Part shown: positions 27,623 to 35,153 of the stretch, one piece after another
Numbering within the stretch: position 1 is the first letter of the stretch
Layout of the letters: the number at the start of each line of letters is the position of its first letter
Assembly: GCF_006345805.1 (NCBI RefSeq)
Contig: NW_021829584.1
Coordinates: 1 to 35,153, forward strand
Direction of reading: 5' to 3'
Length of the DNA: 35,153 nucleotides
DNA from: Octopus sinensis
Lineage: Eukaryota
Made by a program: the position numbers and the translations under genes
The notes under the pieces: model-generated
The model's input: the letters and a program-made list of their open reading frames with translations, nothing else
Told to the model about the DNA's origin: nothing
Databases searched by the model: none

Positions 27623-27664
27623 TTCTTTGTTTGATTTGCATAATAGTGGTTTTGTCTCTAATTT

Positions 27665-27748
<84 letters not shown>

Positions 27749-28201
27749 TGTTTCTTTATTAGCCACACAGGGATGCACACAGACGGGACAGATTACAAAG
27801 TAGAGCTTTTCTTTTTGGAGAGAAAAAAAGTGGGGTAGGTTTTCGATCAAAAGGGGATCGTAAAAGGGAAAGAAAAAAAAACGATCAAGAGAGATCGTGT
27901 ATCAGAGAAATGTCATCATGTAAAGTGTAAAAGGGGAAGCAGATAAGATTTATCCGTGGAAAGAAAAGCCTATGGTATAGACCACGGTCAATAATGTCAC
28001 ATGTTAACACATTTGTTTGCAAGTAGGTAACCCTCTGTTTTAAATATTTCCGGGTTCATAGAATTATGCTCAAGGTGGCTTCGTCATTCATACGTGCCAT
28101 CCTTGCTACATTCACCCATCTTTTTGGGAAACATTCACTTGACAAAACTTGCCTCTCTACTCTCACTATCCTTTTCAAGTGTTATTTGAAGAGTAGATAT
28201 G

Positions 28202-28265
<64 letters not shown>

Positions 28266-28393
28266 GCAAATAAGAACATGGAGAAACAAATTCAGCTCGT
28301 TCATCAAATTACGGATTACAATTTTACATTCTTTATTCATTTTACAAGTGAGAACATGAAAAGCAAACAAAACATCATATAAATCAATACGTA

Positions 28394-28460
<67 letters not shown>

Positions 28461-28467
28461 TAATAAT

Positions 28468-29093
28468 CTACACTGGCTAATAAGTCGGCATTACAATATC
28501 AAAACTGCCGACAAGTGGTATAATCACCACCCTGAGGCTGTAACTGAAGGAGAAAATGTAACCATTCTGTGGGACTTTCCAGTACATACAGACCAATAAA
28601 CCAGATATTGTTGTGAAAGACCAAAATAATAAAGTTTGCTTATTGATCGACATGAGCATCCCCTGTGATCATAATATCTCAGCGAAAGAGTTTGACAAGC
28701 TCAGAAAATATAAAGACCTACTCATTGAAATTGAGAAAATGTGGCATCTCAAGGCGGTTACAATACCAGTGATCGTAGGAGCACTAGGAATGATCAAGAA
28801 GGGAACCGAAAATTATATGAGAATGATCCCTGGCTTACCATCCCTGCAAGAAGTGCAAAAGATTGTCTTAACTGGTACATCACACGTATTGAGAAGAGCA
28901 TTGTCGATGTGAGAACTGTTGTTGCTCATGTATTTTAATTTAACTTAAAATATATATATATATATTTTTAAATGAACGAACTATTGAGTTTGGTTTAATG
29001 GCCTACCAATGTATACTATGAGTTTCTTTGCCCTAGGAGTCGGGAAGACACTCGGCAAGAAATGGAAGCAAATTTGAAAGAAGAAAAAAAAGT
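28468..29093 (+). mobile_element. Family B 3' fragment (RLE and 3' UTR)
   Basis: ORF 28613-28912 LIDMSIPCDHNISAKEFDKLRKYKDL...RRALSM; flanked by (AAT)n on both sides. Confidence 0.92.
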
Positions 29094-29153
29094 AATAATA
29101 ATAATAATAATAATAATAAAAATAATATTAATAATAATAATAATGACAATAAT

Positions 29154-29988
29154 AAGGCGTTTGATAGCATCTCCCACACATGGATCCTCGAAACACTAGC
29201 CATTAACAAAGTAGCACCAACAATTATAAAATTCATAGGGCACTCTATGAATAAATGGCAAACAGTGCTACAGCTCCAAACAAAAGAGGGACTCATGAAG
29301 ACCAAAGCCTCTATCTGATATGCTAAATAGAACTGGATGCAGATATAAATGTTACGGCAAAACGATCAGCCACCTTTTATATATGGATGACCTAAAACTA
29401 TACGCTGCAAATGACAAACAGCTGGAAACACTATTAAAGACAGTTCATGGATTTACCAAAGAAATAGATATGAAATTTGGATTAGAAAAATGCGCCAAAG
29501 TAACCATGAAAAGAGGAAAACTAGTTAAGAGTAGCAACATCACACTAGATAAAACCAATGAAATAAAAGAATTAGACCAAAGCCAAACTTACAAATACTT
29601 AGGAATCCATGAACTAGATAAGACACAACACACACAAATGAAAGAGAAAATAAAAAAAGAATATTATAGACGAGTTAGATCAATACTGAAAACAGAGCTC
29701 AATGCTAAAAACAAGATAATAGGTATCAACACTTTAGCTGTCCCAGTTATAAGTTACAGCTACAATATCCTTAACTGGACACTAAATGAATTGACCAAAA
29801 TAGATAGGAAAACAAGAAAAATAATGACAGGATCTAGGATGCATCACCCAAAATCTGACATAGAAAGGTTGTATATACAACGTATTGATGGTGTTAGAGG
29901 CCTTATACAGCTGGAAAACTACTATAAAATAACCACCATGGGACTGCAAAAATATCTACTTAAGAAGGAAAGAAAACTGATGTGGATA
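29154..29988 (+). mobile_element. Family A internal RT fragment with a ~70-nt deletion
   Basis: ORF 29320-30069 contains YMDD and matches ~21410-22300; the QGDTLSP segment is missing. Confidence 0.9.
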
Positions 29989-30495
29989 AGGTATATGTAT
30001 ATATGTGTGTATGTCAATTTAGATGGAGAAATATGTAAATTTGATTATTTGTATTCAAAATTTATATGAGGTGACCAGGTGCGCTGAAAATTACCTTCCC
30101 ATTATCAAAATAAAGAAGTCCATCTAGAATTTTTATTATCACTCACGTAATATTGAGTTCTGCACCCATGTCACACCTGTCCTTCAGCTTCCCTTTCTCA
30201 ATCTATATTTACCTTCAATTGAAATTCATTTTGTTTCTTCACTAATTAAATGCACGTTTGTTTATACCTGTGAATATAATTAACAATATATAAATTTCTT
30301 TATATGCAGATACGAGTGATTATATACGTGTACGTTTGTAGTCATTTGTGTGTGTGTGAATTTGTTGTGTGCCGTGACTAATCACACAGATTAATCACGC
30401 GCATATAAGCATTTGTATCGATAGGTGTGGTGCATCTAATTTTATGCAGTTATATCTGCATCAGAGACAGCATTCTCACATACACACAAACGCTA

Positions 30496-31290
30496 ATGAT
30501 AGAAATGTCGAGTTGACTAATCTTGAAACGTACGTTCTCAAATAACCTTTGCATTTGATTTTTTAATGTCTTTACCCCCATACTTTCGTGAGTTGAATTG
30601 AGCAAACACTATATGAGAGAGATTTTCTTTAAGTATTAGAAATAGTTTTAAAAAAGTTTTTTTAGCTACTATTTCTAATGAGTTCAGTATGTGGCAAAGT
30701 AATTTATTTTACTAAGCCCTTTTATATAATGTAATAATTTGAATTCGCCTTAAATGGTCCCTTTACATACTGAATACTTGGTGAAATTGATTAATAATTA
30801 ATTAATTTTACCCTCAATTGTTGAAATTATAATTCATCTCTCTCTATTTAATGCTTCGGATTTTACCGAAAAAGCATAGTGTTTACTGATTTTAACCCAC
30901 GCTGGTGGAAAGGGGAGAGCAGAAATTCTTCGCTTGCATATTTTGGGTTTGCTGGCACTGTTAGTTTCGAGCAGATCTTCAGAAGCGATAAGAAGCCGAA
31001 AGGGTATGCTCCCACTTTCAGTGTTTTCAAATCCAAACCAAGGAGTTCTGAGCTGATGATAGAAATGTCGAGTTGACTAATCTTGAAACGTACGTTCTCA
31101 AATAACCTTTGCATTTGATTTTTTAATGTCTTTACCCCCATACTTTCGTGAGTTGAATTGAGCAAACACTATATGAGAGAGATTTTCTTTAAGTATTAGA
31201 AATAGTTTTAAAAAAGTTTTTTTAGCTACTATTTCTAATGAGTTCAGTATGTGGCAAAGTAATTTATTTTACTAAGCCCTTTTATATAAT
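30496..31290. repeat. 235-bp direct repeat (30496-30730 and 31056-31290), offset 560
   Basis: The two copies appear identical on reading. Confidence 0.9.
30863..31052 (-). other. Possible host exon (unidentified)
   Basis: Non-repetitive, more GC-rich than its flanks, preceded on the minus strand by TTTCTATCATCAG, with open frames and candidate GT donors; no protein recognised. Confidence 0.25.
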
Positions 31291-31546
31291 ATATATATAT
31301 ATTATATATATATATATGTGTGTGTGTGTATATGCATATATATATGTGTGTGTGTATATACATATATATATTCCCCATGTATATATATTTTTATTCCTAC
31401 ATAACTACAATAATCTTAAGACACATTGATTTTTAAAATTGCACTATTATTTTTCTTTTAATAACTTTCTCCTACCTCTCTTTATACTTTATCTAATAAG
31501 AATATTATGATATAATACACCTAATAATAATAATAATAATAATAAC

Positions 31547-31601
<55 letters not shown>

Positions 31602-31603
<2 letters not shown>

Positions 31604-32084
31604 TGTTCTGTCTTGGTATAAAAGATGGGCTACAGCAAATATTCTGCTCAATACCACAGATTTGCTTGTCAGTTGTTTGACCATAACCAGTTGAGCATGT
31701 CCCTTAGTGGCTGACGATATGTGCATCTCTGATCACGAGCAGAAGTAGTGGGAGAGCATCATAGCCATGTGTTGAGAGGGATTCTTTGGGGTTTGAATAG
31801 TTCACCTCTGGAGACATGGGTGGTTCTTTCAATATCCTTAAACAACCCTTATTCAGGGACCGTTTGAGCGGGATGGGCTACTCAACCTGAAGAAAATTCT
31901 AACTGGGCCCCACCTGCAAGGTCATGTGCTGTTTATCTTGATATGAGATCACCATGTCGCGCAAATATGGTTGTGATGCATGTGCCTGGTGTACCTTTAT
32001 CAGACGGGTAGTTATGATGGGTATATTGGGCTTCGTATATTTTACCCCAGCGTCACTTTGATGGCATGAACTGCTCTCTCACTC
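31602..32084 (+). mobile_element. 5'-truncated copy (~483 bp) of the ~555-bp TAA-associated element
   Basis: Reverse complement of 9782-~10260; (AAT)n on both sides. Confidence 0.88.
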
Positions 32085-32129
<45 letters not shown>

Positions 32130-32260
32130 TGATTCCTTTGTATGCATATACATTTAAATATATGTATATGTGTTTATATATAGTTATATGTATGTATGTA
32201 TATGTAAAAGTGTGTATGTATGTATTTATATTTATAACTTAATCTTATGAACTTTCTAAA

Positions 32261-32384
32261 CTCTCTGACGAAGCCCAGAGACACACCCAAGTACCTTATT
32301 CTTATCTACCAAATACTTCAGTTCACTGGAGGGATAAAAGATGAGTGGGGCACTATGGCCTCTTGGCTGAAACAGCCGTAAGAT
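32261..32384 (+). ncRNA. Minimal type-I hammerhead ribozyme motif (Penelope-like or retrozyme type)
   Basis: TCT-CTGACGA-AGCCCAGAG-(79 nt)-CTCTTGGCT-GAAA-C-AGCC-GTA-AGA has every core position. Confidence 0.6.
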
Positions 32385-32643
32385 ACTATTTTACTTTCTA
32401 TGCTCTACGTTATATATTTTAATAATTACTGGTATTTTTATATTCTATATTTGACATATTATATATGTACAGCATAATATGTTATACATGTATGCATAAA
32501 GCTATAATTGTCTTTTTTAAAAAATAAATAGTCATAATATAATGTCTAAAAGTTGATGAATACCAACTCTTGATCCTCTCCATTTTCTTATTGCTGTATA
32601 CATACATACATACATACATACATACATACTTACATACATATAC

Positions 32644-32689
<46 letters not shown>

Positions 32690-32922
32690 TCATCATCATC
32701 ATCATTGTTCGACCGTGGTCGAGACAGTGGAATTTACTATGTTACGCCGGACTTCACGGTCCATCATAGCATTACGGAGATCCTGTTGCTGGATGCCAGT
32801 ATCCCTGGAGATTACATCAGGGTAGGAGAGTGTGTGCCATCTGGTATCGCAAGCAGATGGCTTCCAGAGGAGAAGAGTAGAAATTACCTCTTTTTCAGCT
32901 CTACAACATATATATGTATGTA

Positions 32923-33002
<80 letters not shown>

Positions 33003-33607
33003 ATATATTAAGGTATGTAGAAAAATACAACATGGACAAGAACGTATAACTCTTAGAAGACGATACAATAAACACGGACAGGACATTCGAAACCCTCAGT
33101 CTTCAGTCAAGAACCGGATCATCGTAGTAATTTCGGCTGATTAATCTTGAGATTACTAGATCACGGCCAGCCCTCCAAGAAAAACTAAGCAACGAGCATT
33201 AGAAAAACTAAGCTGGGAGCGTAGATTTCCTGGAAGAAGGATCGAATGCATACGGACACCAGGACAGCAAAAGGGACGAATATAAAAAAACAAAAAAATA
33301 ATGGAATACAGAAACATGAAATACAGAAGCATTAACGGTGAAAACAACAAGTGTCTTACGACTGATAACAAGCAAACAAATTTTTTTCTCTGGCGCAAGG
33401 AAAGGAGCCTTATCGGCGATGCCTATAGCGGCGGACGAAAAACAACGATGTTAACACGACGCTGGTCAGAAGCTGAAAGGCAGATTTCGGCCAGCAGTCA
33501 CGTGACAGAGAAGAGAGAAAAGAAAAGAAAGAGAAGCAACGGAAGAGAGAGAGAGAGAGGAGAGAGAGAGAGGAGGGACAAACGCGACATATATATATAT
33601 TCCTGTA

Positions 33608-34002
33608 CTTGTTTCAGTCATTTGATTGCGGCCATGCTTGAGCACCGCCTTTAGACGAGCAAAGCGACCCTAGGATTTATTCTTAGTAAGCCTAATACTT
33701 ATTCTGTCGGTCTCTTTTGCCGGAGCGCAAAGTTACGTAAACGTAAACACACCAGCATCGGTTGTCGCTTGATGGTGGGGGACAAACACAGACACACAAA
33801 CATACACACACATACATATATATATATATACATATATACGACGGGCTTCTTTCAGTTTCCGTCTACCAAATCCACTCACAAGGCTTTGGTCGGCCCGAGG
33901 CTATAGTAGAAGTCACTTGCCCAAGGTGCCACGCAGTGGGACTGAACCCGGAACCATGTGGTTGGTAAACAAGCTACTTACCACGCAGCCACTCCTGCGC
34001 CT
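33608..34002 (-). mobile_element. tRNA-derived SINE (family 1), full length
   Basis: The minus strand begins GGCGCAGGAGTGGCTGCGTGGTAAGTAGC..GGTTCAGTCCC; homologous to 24870-25257. Confidence 0.85.
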
Positions 34003-34224
34003 GTGTACGTTTATTTATTTGTTGTGCAAGATTTTTTATGTGAAATCGTGTGTTGAAACAGATATTGTTGTATTTCGGAATGGTCATTTTGCCAGTTTAG
34101 CCAATAAAAACACACGCACTATATATTTGGAGTTACTTTGCTTCAGTGATATTTATTTTTTACATTAATCTTAATAACGGTTAGTAAGGAGAGACACACA
34201 AATAAGAAAGAAAAAAGCAAAGGA

Positions 34225-34264
34225 CCACTGATGCGGTCACAGGAGTGTGACGAAAGAATTCTGG
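34225..34264 (+). ncRNA. Degenerate hammerhead-like motif
   Basis: CCA-CTGATGC-G-GTCACA-GGAG-TGTGAC-GAAA-GAATTC-TGG; A9 is replaced by C. Confidence 0.4.
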
Positions 34265-34387
34265 CCGAAATAAGATTAAGATTAATGTAAAAAATAAATA
34301 ACACTGAAGCAAAGTAACACCAAATATATAGTGCGTGTGTTTTTATTGGCTAAACTGGCAAAATGATCATTCCGAAATACAAAAATA

Positions 34388-34535
34388 CTTTATTTCACGT
34401 TGCTTCGGTTCATTCAACTGCAGAATTGATTTGAGCCAACACCACTTCGAAGCTGTGTCGACCTTTGCCTTTCCCTTGAAAAACATCGGCAGCATGGAGA
34501 AGAGGGACTGGTGTGCATAGATGACTGCTGGACTT
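34388..34535 (+). mobile_element. Headless SINE-like fragment
   Basis: ACTTTATTTCACGTTGCTTCGGTTCATTCAACTG resembles the central segment of the SINE at 26650-27120. Confidence 0.45.
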
Positions 34536-35129
34536 CTTGAAAATACCCTTTTCCCAGAAGTGAGGTGGTTTCATGGCAAAGAATTCATCAAGGTCAATAA
34601 ATACTTGCCGTTACATTTTTAATCAACCAAATATCAACCATTTTGTTGCACAATGCGTCTCCATCTTTCCTTTAACTTGAAAATACCCTTTTCCCACAAT
34701 TGAGGTGGTTTCATGGCAAAGAATTCATCAAGGTATCTTTTTACGTCATCCAAGGAATTGAAATTTTTACCATTCTGCAGATACCTGAATAAGTAGAAAT
34801 CTGAAGGATCAATATCTGGTGAATATGGAGGGAGGGGTAACACATCACAGCCGAGCTGCAGCAATTTTTGTCTGGTTCTCAAAGAAACATGCGGTCTTGC
34901 ATTATCAATTTGGAAAACAACACCCTTCCTGTTGGCCAATTCTGGACGTTTCTCTTGAATTGCTGCTTCTAACTCATCTAGTTGTGTGAAGTATTTCTCA
35001 GAATTAATTGTCTGGTTACTTGGGAGAAGCTCATAGTACAGAATTCCTTTCCAATACCACCAGTCACAAAGCAAGAGTTTTTTAGGGTGAAGACCCGCTT
35101 TTATGGACACAACCATGGACACAACCATG
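34536..35129 (-). mobile_element. Mariner transposase C-terminal remnant (DD34D)
   Basis: GILYYELL..QTINSEKY..FQIDNARPH..YSPDIDPSDFYLF; 34 residues between the second and third catalytic D. Confidence 0.92.
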
Positions 35130-35153
35130 TTCTAAAATAAGTCGAAAGGTAAG

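Noticed and set aside
31053-31069. CTGATGATAGAAATGTC core-like string
   Set aside because: No room for stem II and no stem I.
32703-32905. Non-repetitive stretch after (CAT)n encoding ILLLDASIPGDYIRVGECVP
   Set aside because: No recognisable motif or clear splice signals; possibly a decayed repeat.
33081-33110. Minus-strand CTGAAGA...CGAATGTC, superficially hammerhead-like
   Set aside because: GAAA is not intact and there is no convincing stem I or II.
25828-33144. Poly-(YI) and poly-(MYVC) ORFs
   Set aside because: Translations of (TA)n and (TACA)n microsatellites.
1-35153. CRISPR arrays, rRNA, prokaryotic operons
   Set aside because: No repeat-spacer array, no recognisable rRNA and no prokaryotic gene organisation.

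Overview
AT-rich eukaryotic repeat landscape, probably a cephalopod such as Octopus (inferred from the extreme microsatellite density and the SINE types; not verified). No host gene is confidently identifiable. About 0.4-24.4 kb is degenerate (AAT)n/(ATT)n triplet repeat, and the long poly-I/N/Y/L ORFs there are artefacts of it. Embedded in this repeat are at least nine copies or fragments of non-LTR retrotransposons with RT, a CCHC zinc knuckle and a restriction-like endonuclease. They look like the R4/Dong clade and fall into three families, called A, B and C here. A ~555-bp non-coding element (three copies) uses the same TAA target. All ten visible 3' ends join (TAA)n in the element's sense strand, and families A-C share a short 3' stem-loop motif. 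The right third (24.4-35.1 kb) holds tRNA-derived SINEs, a deleted Tc1/mariner-type element with intact TIRs, a DD34D mariner remnant and a duplicated segment around a possible exon. It also has three minimal type-I hammerhead-ribozyme-like motifs, one with a complete catalytic core.
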